From NCBI GenBank assembly GCA_964016885.1, contig OZ024757.1, positions 24,118,001-24,182,000 on the forward strand: a stretch of DNA of 64,000 bases, read 5' to 3'. Positions 12,481 to 26,265 of this stretch are shown piece by piece. Below the pieces are notes generated by a model, which saw only the letters and a program-made list of their open reading frames with translations, was not told where the DNA came from and ran no database searches. The stretch is from Eledone cirrhosa (lineage: Eukaryota). Made by a program: the position numbers and the translations under genes. Every line of letters starts with the position of its first letter. The stretch's first letter is position 1.

Positions 12481-13235
12481 ACAAAGGAATTGTGGTAAGG
12501 AACCAGATGGACCATATCGCACCAGAGTACTCAATACTTAGGGTAGTAGAGTGGGAAATAGGAAAAAGTATGACCCCGACGGCAGAGCTCTAGTTGAAAC
12601 GGCTAGAGCTCTGCCGTCGGGGTCATACTTTTTCCTATATATATAAAGGACGAAATGAAATGTAAAGACAACAATCATATTCGCTACCTCCTCCTCTCTA
12701 CAGTCACCTGCGACTACTATGTATGCGTGTATGTATGCATACGCAGAATTTCATATACATATTTGTACATCTCTCTCTGCGTTGAACAGTTCACGCGCGC
12801 ACGCTCATTCACGCCTCAAACATTCTTACAGCAGCCAGCCACGTCACGGTCCAAGGCCCATCCTTCAAACCTTTGCACAAAGACATGAACAAGCCTAGAC
12901 ACACATACGCACGCACACACACATACAGTCAAAGTATACAATGATTATTTCCCTTTCTAAACCTCTCTAATACCTAAGATATCCAGACCAGCAGTTCTCA
13001 AAATTGGCTGACTGAATACGGACGTGTTTTTTTTTTTCTTCTTAAAAAAAAATGTTTTCTATTTTTTCCTCTTCTCACACTCTATCTTTCTATCTAATCT
13101 TTTATGTTTCATTCTATCTCCTGATGAAGGACTAGTGCCCGAAACGTAAAAACTATTTTCATACTATATCAAGTGTCAAACTAATATATTTCTTCATTGT
13201 ATTGTGTCGTTTGGTTTTTATTTCTGTTTAATATT

Positions 13236-13317
<82 letters not shown>

Positions 13318-13321
<4 letters not shown>

Positions 13322-14450
13322 AAAATGTATGACCCCGACAGCAGAGCTCAACCCGTTTAGACGGCTATTTCTGGACTAAATTAGAATTTTTAGCGGGGTA
13401 AATAAATATCCAATCTTTTCAAGGGGTAATTCTTTATATGGGAAGATTGTTGTTGTCAAGAGGATTAGTCAAAATTTCTTGTAAACACAATTAAGTCTAT
13501 CCTGGCAGTGGGTGGGAGCTGGGTGTGGTTGAACTTGCCTGTAGAACAATGAGGGAGTGGGTGGAGCCGGTCAAGCGTTGAAAGTGAATTCTATATACCA
13601 AATTCTAAGGATTGTTTATGAAACTAGGCTAGAGGAAACAGGCGAAAAAGGATTCTGGAGAAAATAGAGAAGGGACGTTTTAGAATAGGTAAATCAATTG
13701 AGATTAGAAGATAATAAATAAATAAGGAAAAAATATATAAAAATATAAAATTGGATAGTAAGAAGTGATAAAAAATCTCTAGAGTCTAAAACAGCTGCTA
13801 TATTTAGTTGGTATTTCGTTTTCGGCCAATGCTATACAATAGGTTAATAAGTTGAGAATAGAAGATACTAAATAAATAAAAAATTTATTAAATTATAGAA
13901 TTGGGTAGTAAAAAGTAATACAAAATCTCTGGGGTCTAAAATAGCTGCTATAATTAGTTGGTATTGCGTTTTCGGCCAATGCTATCTATAATTTACTGGG
14001 GTGGGGGTACTGAGGCTACAAAGGCCCGATGGGCTGCCTTGGGGTAGGCGAAAGGAGGAAAAGGAAGAGGATAGGGAGTGGAAGGAAGTGATAGGAAGAG
14101 ATAAAGGGAAGAAGAAAATAAAAATGAAAAGAAAAGAAGTATATCTACCTATGTTAGCTGGGGTTTCCCCTAATTTGGTCGGCAAGTAGGGAAAAGGAGG
14201 ATGTTGCAGCCATTATCTACCCACCCGAGTCATTAGGGGGTTTAAGGGTGAGGTAAGTCCTACGCAATCGGTGTTTGCATGCAGTTACAAGTTCGTCTTT
14301 TTTGTTTAGGAGTTGGTCCTTCGTAAACAGCATTTGTAATGTTTCCTCTGAAAATAAGTTACACGGACAGCGTCCTCCCGTGTAGGAGTTAGCCCTGGAC
14401 AGTAAGCTCCAAGTAAGATTGTATGTTATGTTATTATCTTGGAGGTTCAG
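13318..14450 (-). mobile_element. Inverted 3' end (pseudo-LTR) of the adjacent Penelope-like element
   Basis: Encodes the GIY-YIG C-terminus ([17 protein letters not shown]...CNLFSEE); 14415-14450 is the reverse complement of ~16325-16357; degenerate hammerhead at ~13331-13428. Confidence 0.8.
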
Positions 14451-16357
14451 TTCCACCGAGAAAACTTTACCTTCGGATGCTCACGCAAAAAATCGACCTG
14501 TTTGCGAAAATACTAAGATGGAGAACTTTTTTCTACAAGAGATACCGCGTCAACCAGGACTTCGATACCAAGGAGAGATTCGGATTCAATACCTACAAAT
14601 CTCCCCCACCGAACCCTATGCTCTCACCCTTCAAGAACGACTTTTTCCACCTGGTCAAGGGTATAAAATTCAAACCCAGACACTACCGATTCCTACAACA
14701 ACTCCGTATCAAAATAACGGCGTATGAAAGCACCAATGACATCCTGGTGCATTCGGACAAAACTGGAAACCTCTATTTTGCCAACCCTAACAGATACCAC
14801 ACACTGCTCAGGAGCAGCCTGAACTCCATCTACAAAAATGCTAACCATTCAATTATCGAGGACATAAATCTAGATGGACAAAAACTTACCTCCAGCCTCG
14901 GGGTCGCCGACCGTACTGAACCCCTCGACCCACAGACTCCCTACTTCACACTGAAGGACCACAAATCCGACTTCGACCGCAAACCATCCATCAGGCTTAT
15001 AAACCCGAGGAAGTCGGACATACGGAGAATCAGTAAAAAGATCCTAGACCGCGTTATACCAAAAGTTAAGCGAAACGCAAGACTTAGCCTATGGGTCACC
15101 CAGGAAGTAATCTAATGGTTCAGGAATATTGAGGACAAACGGGACACCAAATTCATCCAGTTTGACATAGAGAGTTACTATGCATCTATTACCTTACCGC
15201 TCCTTACGGCCTCTTTGGACTTTGCCAAAACACTCATACCCATCACCGACCAGGAAAGAAATATCATTCTCCACGCCAGGAAGACAGTCCTACTTTTCGA
15301 CAACTCCAAGTGGATAAAGAGAACTCCTGACCCCCCCCCCCTCGACGTCAGTATGGGCGCGACCGATACGGCCGAGGTGACCAATCTTATAGGATCATTC
15401 CTACTATATAAACTCACCGAAATGTTTCCTGCATTCGGCGGTGGATTGTACCGAGACGATGGGCTCCTTACCCTCAAAGGGTACAACCCCAGTAGTACAG
15501 ACCAGGTCCGTAAACAACTAATCAACTTCTTCCGGGACTGGGGATTTAAAATCACCCTACAAACGTCCCTAACCCGAGTCAATTTCCTGGACGTTACCCT
15601 CAACCTCGAAAATGATCTGTACTACCCATACAGGGAACCAAACGACAACCTGCACTACATCCACCGCCGCTCTAACCATCCTAGAAACATCAATAACCTG
15701 GTTAAAAACATCTCCCTCCGCATATCTCGTTTGTCCGCTCATGAGCAGATATTCGATGAACATGCGCCTCATTACAACCAGGCCCTCAAGCGAAGCGGCT
15801 TCCGGGAGGAAATATCCTTTTAGCCAGCTTCCCTTAGCGGAACCAGCAGGCGACGCCGCCGCTCACGCCACGTAACCTGGTTCAACCCTCCTCACAATGC
15901 CGAGGTGGCAACACCTATCGGGAAAATCTTCTTTAGGCTCCTCGAAAAACACTTCCCACCACGACACCGCTACCACAACATAATCAACTAAAATACTATC
16001 AAACTCACCTACAGCAACACACCCAACTTCGCACAAAACATCCCCTCCTCAAACAACAAAATACTCAAACCCTATGGAAGAAACAACCTAGACATTAGTG
16101 GACAACCGACCAGGAGGTGTAAATGCCCTGATAGATCTACGTGCCCCCTCAACAACATATACCGAGAACGTAACGTGATTTACCAATGCAACATGAGGAT
16201 GGACACCTCCAACAAAGCTTATATAGGATTAACCGCTTGTGAGCTTTAAGACCCGGCTCTACCAACACCGACATACGTTCCGAAACCCACCTGGCGACAT
16301 TCCACTACACTTTCGGGTCCCATCTGGAACTTCCAAGATAATAACATAACATACAAT
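14451..16357 (+). mobile_element. Penelope-like retroelement (RT + GIY-YIG), disrupted by stops/frameshifts
   Basis: DKTGNLY, KDHK..F..KPSIRLINP, FIQFDIE, MGA.D.AEV, GLYRDDGL, FLDVTLNL, SNHP, then WFNPP, CKC....CPL and YIGLT. Confidence 0.9.
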
Positions 16358-18590
16358 CTCTCCTGCACACCACAACTTATCCCTCTTATACTCAGTTTCT
16401 TTCTCAACTCGTCTATGCTTGGTCGTTCACGCACATTGACATTGCAAATCCAACGGAGCATACTTGCTTCATTTCTCTCCAGCCGTCGCATATCTTCTGC
16501 AGTGCCCATGTCTCACTACCATGCAGCATCGCGCATCTCCCACAGCCATCATATAACCGTCCTTTCGTACGCAGGGAGAAACCCTTCTTTGACAACAGAG
16601 GAAGCAGCTCCCTAAACTTCTTCCAATCCGTCCTTATTCTAGATACTATGGCCTCAGACCCCCCTCCCTGCTAATCTGATCACCTAGGAACCGGAAGCTA
16701 TCAACCACTTCTATAGAACCCACCTGCATTGGAAAAATGTGTCTATCACTGCGATCACTACTGCCAAATTTCCCTGTGCATCTACTGCATACGTAGTTTT
16801 CCCTACGTGTTAGTTTGCCTGCTATCCCACTACATCTCTTGTGTACCCAAGAACTGCATTGCGTACATTTTATGGAATTTATGCCAGTTCCTTTCCTACA
16901 TATCAAACATGGCCATTTCCCTGATGGAATCAGAGTATTGTCCTCTCTTCTACTTATCAACACTTTTGTTTTAGCTATGTTCACTCTCAGGCCTCTTGAT
17001 TCCAACTGCTGTTTCCATAGCCAGAATTTATTCCCTAGCTCCTCTAGTGATTCTGCTATAAGAACCAGATCATCAGCATAGAGAAGTTCCCATGGACAGC
17101 CAGTCTTAAACTCCTCTGTTATGGCTTGGAGGACTATAATGAACAAGAGGGGGCTGAGGACCGAACCCTGATGTACACCTACTTGAATCTGGAATTCCTC
17201 GCTAAACTCCATTCCTATTCTCACTTTACTGACAGCAACCCTGTACAAAGCTTGCACTATCCTCACAAACCATTCCTCTACACCTAGTTTCCTTAGAAAC
17301 CACCAGATCACAGATCGGGATACCCTATCAAAGGCCTTCTCTAGGTCAACAAAAGCTAAGTATAGTGGCTTATTCTTCTCTAAGAACCTCTCTTGTAGTG
17401 GCCTCACTGAGAAGAGGGCATCTGTTGTACTTTTCCGAGGCACAAAACCAAACTGCATCTCATCTAATTTGACCCTTTCTCTAATCAGTTGCGCTAATAT
17501 TCTCTCTGCCACTTTCATAACCTGATCCATCAGCTTTATGCCCCTATAATTGCTCCTCTCTAGAGCATCCCCTTTACCTTTGTAGAAATTTATGAGAATA
17601 CTGCTGCACCAGTCTTTGGGTATGACACCACCATATATAGCTTGATTAATGATGCGTGAAACTAGTTTAGTGCCTACTTCTCCTGATGCCTTCAGCATCT
17701 CAGCAACTATCACCGACGGTCCAGCAGCCTTACCATTCTTCATTTCCTTAATTGCCTCTTGTACGTCAATCTCAATAGCTGGTCCCTCTGTCGGGTCCAC
17801 TGATGGTAATTTCTCACTGTCCCATTCGTTCTCCAAATTCATCAGTCTCTCATAATGACATTTCCAGGCCTCCTTTTTTTTGATCATTCGTGACACTAAG
17901 TACACCGGTATCATTCCGGACACATTTATTTCCAACAACATCCTGATTTGTAATGACACACTGCCTTGCAATGTGAAATACCGCACGTCTTTGATCTTCC
18001 CGTCACAGAACATTGGCAAACCTCCCCCTCTCAGCCTCCCTGCGTGCTAAGTACACCTGACGTCTAGCTTCTCTCTTAGCGGCTGTGTATCCTTTTCTAC
18101 TCCCACCATTTTTCCAAGCCTTCCATGCCAGTCTTTTGTCTCTAATGGCCCTATCTACCGTGCTGTTCCACCACCAGGTCACTCTTTGTCTGGTTGGAGC
18201 TCTGCCCCAACCACAAATTTCTTCAGTAGTCTGCAGTAAGTTGTCATGTAAGAAATTCCAGTTATCATCTATGTCATACAACTCTAAATGGTCTTCTTTT
18301 TTGCCATACACATTTGAAGGGCTTTCCTAAATTTATATTTTAATGAAAGGTCTTTTAGTTTCCAGACCTTTCTTTTCCACACCTTCCTGTATGACTCATT
18401 CCATCTCTTGCTTACTGAGATATCACTAACGACTAACCTATGCTGTGGGGTACATTTTTCTCCGGGGTATGCCTTAGTATTTGACACCATCTGTCTGTCT
18501 CGCAGGAAGTTAATCTGGGTTATGTGCTTCGCCTGATTTGTAGGTTATTAGGTGGTTGGTAGGCTTCTGGAAGTTAGTGTTGCAAATAGT
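16358..18590 (-). mobile_element. RTE-clade LINE (EN remnant, RT, PHD-like finger) abutting the truncated PLE 3' end
   Basis: 457-aa ORF: NYRGIKLM, FVDLEKAFD, GVHQGSVLSPLLF, LLYADD, then CLIC...CTQC..WVHKRC...VCSRC; upstream QHRLVVSD endonuclease motif. Confidence 0.92.
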
Positions 18591-19229
18591 TATGTATATA
18601 TATATATGTGCAAATAGTTATGTATATATATATATTGGTGCTACTGGTAACATGTATCTCAGTACAACCTGTCCCATGGTCGGGTCGTTGGCGACTAAAC
18701 TGGCAACCCCACCAAGGTTTCTTGGTGAGGAGGGTGACTTTGGACATCCTTCAGGACTAAAAACAAAACCTGTCAAAGGGCAAAGGAGCTCTTAAGAGTC
18801 AATGGCCATCCAAAATCACCGGGAGGGATGACCCCTTAGCCTTTGTCAAGGCAGAATTCTAGGAGAAGGAAAACTCTGATATAACACCTGCAACCCTGAT
18901 GGTATCCAATGATGTTGACTTGTTCTTCTTTTTGGTAAATATCATCTTGGTTAAGAGAGTGGGACTGGCTTTGTGCAATGCCTTTGCTCACTATAAAAGC
19001 TTCACGGCACAGGCATTGCTTTATATCTGGAGATCTCTCTGCACTTGTCGTCACATGGTACCATGGGCCCAGCACTATGTGTCAATAATTGTCACAGGTG
19101 TAGTGTTTGTACCAGAGTTTTCAAGTCGCTGGCTGGACTAAAAAGTCACACTCGTTCAGCGCATCGGTAGGGGTTCTCCTACATGGATATAAAGTAGTGG
19201 CCGTACTCGAAAACGAGTTGGCAGCCACC

Positions 19230-19279
<50 letters not shown>

Positions 19280-19522
19280 GTATATATATATATATGCATA
19301 TATATATATATATAATATAATATATATATATATATATATAATATATATATATATGTATATATATATATAATATATATATATATGTATGTATATATATATG
19401 TATATGTATATATATATAATATATATATATATATATAATATATATATGTATGTATATATATGTATATATATATATAATATATATATATATGTATATATAT
19501 AATATATATGTATATATATATG

Positions 19523-19573
<51 letters not shown>

Positions 19574-19586
19574 GTATATATATATG

Positions 19587-19687
<101 letters not shown>

Positions 19688-19898
19688 GTATATATATATA
19701 TGTATATATATATGTATATATATATATATGTATATATATATATGTATATATATATGTGTATATATATATGTATATATATATGTATATATATGTGTATATA
19801 TATATGTATATATATATGTGTATATGTATATATGTGTATATATATATAATATATATATATGTATATATATATAATATATATATGTATATATATATAAT

Positions 19899-19930
<32 letters not shown>

Positions 19931-20211
19931 ATATATATATATATAATATATATATATAATATATATATATATATAATATATATATATAATATATTTTTTT
20001 CTCTTAATATCCTCAAACAACCAATTAACCAAAAACTTTTAACAACCTTAAACAACCAAATAACCAAATCTCACATCCATAAAAGAGAATACATATCTAT
20101 ATATATAATAGGAACGATCGACTTTCGTCAAATCGGACCGAGGAAACAATGTTTCCATTGGTCTTTCCAATTGCTAATACTATCTATGGGTCGCAACCCC
20201 AGGTAGAAGTT

Positions 20212-20815
20212 ATCTATATATACGCGACTTTAATATCTTCAAATGTGAGTGAGCCTTTGGTTATTTGAAGATATTAAAATATCTATATATACGCGACTTT
20301 AATATCTTCAAATGTGAGTGAGCCATTGGTTATTTGAAGATATTAAAATATCTATATATACGCGACTTTAATATCTTCAAATGTGAGTGAGCCTTTGGTT
20401 ATTTGAAGATATTAAAATATCTATATATACGCGACTTTAATATCTTCAAATGTGAGTGAGCCATTGGTTATTTGAAGATATTAAAATATCTATATATACG
20501 CGACTTTAATATCTTCAAATGTGAGTGAGCCTTTGGTTATTTGAAGATATTAAAATATCTATATATACGCGACTTTAATATCTTCAAATGTGAGTGAGCC
20601 TTTGGTTATTTGAAGATATTAAAATATCTATATATACGCGACTTTAATATCTTCAAATGTGAGTGAGCCTTTGGTTATTTGAAGATATTAAAATATCTAT
20701 ATATACGCGACTTTAATATCTTCAAATGTGAGTGAGCCTTTGGTTATTTGAAGATATTAAAATATCTATATATACGCTACTTTAATCTCTTCAAATAACC
20801 AAAAGCTCACTCACA
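20212..20815. repeat. 69-bp tandem repeat (8 units + partial), each with a 16-bp-stem hairpin
   Basis: Unit atctatatatacgcgac TTTAATATCTTCAAAT gtgagtgagcctttggtt ATTTGAAGATATTAAA at; period 69. Confidence 0.95.
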
Positions 20816-20984
20816 TAAGGAAAAAGTATATACAAATACACGGCCTTTCCCTGCAAACTCTCAAGTAAGTGTTCTTTACTACAAATTATTATATACACTC
20901 GTTTTTCCTTGGATATCTTCAAACAACCAAATAACCAAAAACTATTAAACATCCTCAAACAACCAAACTCACATCCATAAGAGA

Positions 20985-21026
<42 letters not shown>

Positions 21027-21203
21027 AAATAACGAAACGAAATTAAATTTCGTTTCGTTTGTAACTCACTTTTGTATCGTCTCCGTTGAACCGGTACGTA
21101 CTCACGCTCTATGCAAATTAGTCTGCCCACTACTAATTTTCATAGAAAAAGCATATAACGATATGTGCTTTTACGATTCTCTAGAGAGGCCGGAAGATAG
21201 GTA

Positions 21204-21248
21204 AATATTGCTGATGAGATGTAACAACATCGAAACTAGTTCAATATT
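21204..21248 (+). ncRNA. Minimal type I hammerhead ribozyme motif
   Basis: aatattg CTGATGA gatgt aaca acatc GAAA ctagt T caatatt: perfect stems I (7 bp) and II (5 bp), palindromic stem III ACTAGT. Confidence 0.82.
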
Positions 21249-21653
21249 CCTTGTCTGGCTTTCTGGAGAATAGAGGAAAGGTGTTTCCTCAAAAACCAGT
21301 ATGACTCTAAAAACCGGTTTGTCTGTGTGTTTACATACAGAATAGCTGGACACTCACAGTAAAGTGACCAGTGAAAAACTCGGTACATCTACATATGTAT
21401 ACGTGTGTGTATTCATATGCATACTAGTATTTCAGTATACATATGTGGATGTACATTTTTAACTTAATTGTTTATATATATATATATATATACATATATA
21501 CACGATTCTTTAATTCTTCAAATAATATTATATACACCCGTTTTTTTTTCAAATAATATTATATACACTCGTTTTTCCTTGGATATCTTCAAACAACCAA
21601 ATAACCAAAAACTATTAACATCCTCAAACAACCAAACTCATATCCATAAGAGG

Positions 21654-21692
<39 letters not shown>

Positions 21693-21879
21693 AATATGAT
21701 GATAATAATGGAGCTGCGGCGTTGCAAATGGGATACATATGAAAAAGCGAGTCCTTCATCAGTGACCCTCCAACCGTCCTCGGCATTTCATCGCTTTAAT
21801 AATATATATATATATATATACACGATTCTTTAATTCTTCAAATAATATTATATACACCCGTTTATTTTTTCAAATATTT

Positions 21880-24821
21880 ACTCAGATGGACAAACACATA
21901 TTTACTCCAATGGACAAACACAATAACAGCAACAACAACAACAGTCAGAAAACCAGGAGCAACCACTGCTGAATTCAAGCATAATAGCTGAATTACTGAA
22001 TAACAGTATCCCTCAGCCACTCACTCAGCCATCATTATCGCCATCGCCATCACCACCGTCACCATCTTCTGCCACATCAATTGCTAGTAATGGACCACTG
22101 CTCTCTCTCCCACCACAGTTGTCATCATCATCATCACCAATAATGCTTTCTTCCCCACATCACCACCGTCACCATCTTCTGCCACATCAATTGCTAGTAA
22201 TGGACCACTGCTCTCTCTCCCACCACAGTTGTCATCATCATCATCACCAATAATGCTTTCTTCCCCCACATCACCACCGTCACCATCTTCTGCCACATCA
22301 ATTGCTAGTAATGGACCACTGCTCTCTCTCCCACCACAGTTGTCATCATCATCATCACCAATAATGCTTTCTTCCCCACATCACCACCGTCACCATCTTC
22401 TGCCACATCAATTGCTAGTAATGGACCACTGCTCTCTCTCCCACCAGAGCCATGCCATCATCATCATCATCACCAATAATGCTTTCTTCCCCCACATCAC
22501 CACCGTTACCATCTTCTGCCACATCAATTGCTAGTAATGGACCACTGCTCTCTCTCCCACCACAGTTGTCATCATCATCATCACCAATAATGCTTTCTTC
22601 CCACATCACCACCGTCACCATCTTCTGCCACATCAATTGCTAGTAATGGACCACTGCTCTCTCTCCCACCATAGTTGTCATCATCATCATCACCAATAAT
22701 GCTTTCTTCCCCCACATCACCACCAGAGCCATGCCATAGTCAAAAGAACTCTAAAAAAAAAAAAAATCTATGGAGCTGTATGCACCGCCACTACACATAC
22801 TAGAAACCCCATAATATGCCCCTGCTCAATACATGAGAGGCTATGCACACGTAGCGACTGTATGTTTACCCATTTACGGGGTACTAGGCGCACTGACACT
22901 GCCAGCCAACACCAAAGCACGCTGCCCGCACGTATAGGTCGCAGTCCCCAAATCTGCCAACATTCCCAACGTGAGAGGCTATGTCTGCTGACTGACTGTC
23001 CCTTCACTCATCTTCCTGGGACACAACGCACGAACAAAAAAGGGGCTCCATGTCAACCCACAAACCACAATAAAGCCACACCCTGCTGCGGTAATGCTGC
23101 TCCAGTCTCCTCACAAAGACATGATTGCAACAACAAAAACACCAAAAGTAATGCTGCTCCAGTCTTTTCACAAAGACACGATTACAACAACAAAAATAAC
23201 GATGCTCCAGTCTTTTCACAAAGTCACAATTACAACAAATACAACAACAACAACAACAACAAAAGAGGGAACTGCAACCCTATCCAATGTTGTAACCACA
23301 AATCCAATCAAAAACTGCTCCCTGAACAAAAAAAATCTTTCTTTTTTAGCCATGAACCTGGCAAAAGAGATAGAGAAAAACATTTTAGTCATCACCCAAC
23401 ACCATCCTTGCTGTCACTAACACACAATCACAAAACAAGCCCCCTGCAACAGTCAAAACCAGCCACCACACTAGCCTCCACATTCTTACTCAATATAAAA
23501 GGTATCAGCCCATCCATCAATGCACAGAAATGGAGGATTGGGTTGGTAACCATCCATTTCACATCCCCTTCTTCATTCTTACTGAGACCCACCTTGGAGG
23601 CCGAAGTCAGAGTGAGAAATTTCACAACCATCCGTGCGGATCGTATTGGCAGAAGGAAGGGTGGAACTGCCATTTTCCTGCATGATTCCTTTACAGCAGA
23701 TGGTAACACAACATTCTCTAATGGATACAGTGAATCAGTCACTGTGCACAATAAAGCCAATGATCTGACATAAGTTGGGCTCTATAGGCCACCACAAACA
23801 CCCATAATCTGCTTCAAAGAATGCCTCAACAGTATTAAATGCTTTATTAAACAGTGCCATTCTAGCAACATACTTTTGATGGGAGACTTTAATCTACCCT
23901 GTGTCGATTGGTCTAGAAACAATTGGAACCAGGCACCCCAACCTCAACCAATGACAAAGAAGCAGTCGAGTCACTTCTTGACTTCATGAATGAGTTTTTC
24001 TTGTCCCAACTTGTCCTTGCACCAACAAGGCATAAGAAGAACATTATGGATCTAGTGTTTAGCAACCACACTAACACACTACAAAATATTACAGTGGAAA
24101 AAACCCTTCTCTCAGACTATGACATGGTTCTTTGTAACCTGAGATTCCACCAGCCGAAAGCTAACCATAGGGACCTATTTGAAGCCCACCTATTTGATAA
24201 CATGGATCTCTACAATGCCAACTGGGATGCAATTATGAACGAACTATCACATGTTGACTGGTCTTTTACACACGCACACATTTCCACCAACATCAAAACA
24301 TATTGGCAGATCTTTGTAGACACTGTCACAAATATATGTACAAAACACACCCCACCAAAACCTGTGAACAAAACCAAGTGCAGTATCAGTATCCCCCAAA
24401 ACAGAAAAACAATTATCAGAAAAATAAAAAGAACAAAGAAAAAATTTAACACACTAAAATACTGCCAACAGCAACACACACATTCAATGGCTATTGCCCT
24501 GCTTGAGTCAAAAATATATAACCTCCAACAATGTATGAAGACCCTCATCAATAACCAGAGAACAGCTGAAGAGAGGTGGGCCATTGAGAAAATCAAACTC
24601 AACCACAAAGTGTTCTTTTCATTTGCTTAATAACACAAGGTCACTGTCTCCACTGTTGGCCCTCTAGTTGATGAAAATGGCACACTCCAAGATAATGCCA
24701 AAAGAATGGGCGAGATACTGCAGAAGCAATACTGCTCTGTTTTCAGCAATCCTGATATGGCCGATCTGGGCCGTATCAGTGATGTTAATCCCCAACACAC
24801 TATATCAGACATAACGTTTGG
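21880..24821 (+). mobile_element. CR1/L2-group LINE, 5' part (ORF1 with tandem repeats and CCCH-like fingers; APE endonuclease), 3'-truncated
   Basis: LLNIKGI, RADRIGRRKGGTAIF, LYRPP, MGDFNLP, MDLVFSN, SDY endonuclease motifs; two C-x7/8-C-x4-C-x3-H motifs near 22817-23010. Confidence 0.85.
22045..22735 (+). repeat. ~111-bp tandem repeat (~6 units) in LINE ORF1
   Basis: Encodes TSPPSPSSATSIASNGPLLSLPPQLSSSSSPIMLSSP repeats; 1-nt indels break the frame. Confidence 0.92.
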
Positions 24822-25260
24822 GTCGTTTATAGTCAATAGGTGTTTGTTAAATGTAGATTCCTCCGAATTACTGGCCATGTTGTTATTGTAGGTATATTAT
24901 CTTTATATCTATATATCTCTCTCTCTATATATATATCTCTCTCTCTATATATATATACTATATATGTATATATATATACTATATATGTATATATAATATA
25001 TATATACTATATATATGTATATATATATATATAATGTATATATATATATATACTATATATATGTATATATATATGTATATGTATATATATAATGTATATA
25101 TATATATATATATATGTATATGTATATATATAATGTATATGTATATATATAATGTATATATATATATATGTATATGTATATATATAATGTATATATATAT
25201 ATATGTATATGTATATATATAATGTATATGTATATATATAATGTATATATATATATATAT

Positions 25261-25655
25261 ACTAGCAGATGTACCCGGCGTTGCTCGGGAAATGAATAAC
25301 AGCCTGAATTGTTCAAGGTCGTTTATGGCTTAGCTAGCAATTTCGGAGTGCATGTCAGTTTATGTCACCTAATTGGCGAGCCAATGAGAGGTCGCTTCAA
25401 TAGCACGTGCCAAATCGGCCTAGTACTTCAAAAGTTAAAAGGAGCCTAGTATTTGTACACAGATAGATACACACACACAAAATCGATTTTTCGGCCCCAA
25501 TATCAAATTTGTTTTTGTCCAAAACCTGCTCTGGCATATGAGCAACATGTGTGCCAAATTTGGTTGAAATCGGCCAAGTACTTCAAAAGTTAAAAGGAGT
25601 CTAGTATTTGTACACAGACAGACAGACAGTCAAACAGACAGACAGACACACTTTT
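25261..25655 (-). mobile_element. Non-autonomous Helitron-like element
   Basis: Minus strand ends with hairpin CCCGAGCAACGCCGGG then CTAGT inside (TA)n; (CAGA)n near the other end; related end at 50269. Confidence 0.6.
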
Positions 25656-26259
25656 ATATATATATATATAATATATACATATATTATATATATATGTATA
25701 TATATATATATATATATATAATTATTTGCTCTACTGTTATATATTTGATATATACTTATCCTTATCGAGCCCTCTTTGGATCTTAATCTTCAAATTTATT
25801 ATTATTACTATATATATATATATATATATATAATCTTGCATCAATCTGAAACCTTTTCTCCGCCAGTACCAACAGTTTTGGACGAGATGTCAACATGAAT
25901 GGACCTGTTATTTTTATCTAAAACATTTTTTTCCAATTCCAACTTGCCCGTCCCCTCAATCTATCCTATTTCTCATTCTTGTTTATGATGAATGACTAGC
26001 GTCCGAAACGTTAAAACCCTCTTCCTGCTATATCAAACGTTCACCTAATCTATCCCTTCCATACACTGTACGATCGTGTTGTTATTTCTGTTTAGCTTTC
26101 ACACACACACACGCACACGCACACATGTGTATATATATATATATATTGTCTATTTAAAGAAAAAGATATTCTTTAAATACTTATGTATGTATTTCCAATA
26201 GAGAGAGTAGAAAGAAAGGAAAAAAGAGAGAGAAAACAACATAGTTATGTATTTATAAT

Positions 26260-26265
26260 TTTATT
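26260..26265 (-). terminator. Likely polyadenylation signal of IF copy B
   Basis: AATAAA on the minus strand ~640 nt after the stop; same site in the upstream paralog (63206-63211); paralog similarity drops sharply ~30 nt downstream. Confidence 0.65.

Noticed and set aside
20212-20815. CRISPR-like array with palindromic repeats
   Set aside because: The would-be spacers are identical, there are no cas genes, and the context is eukaryotic.
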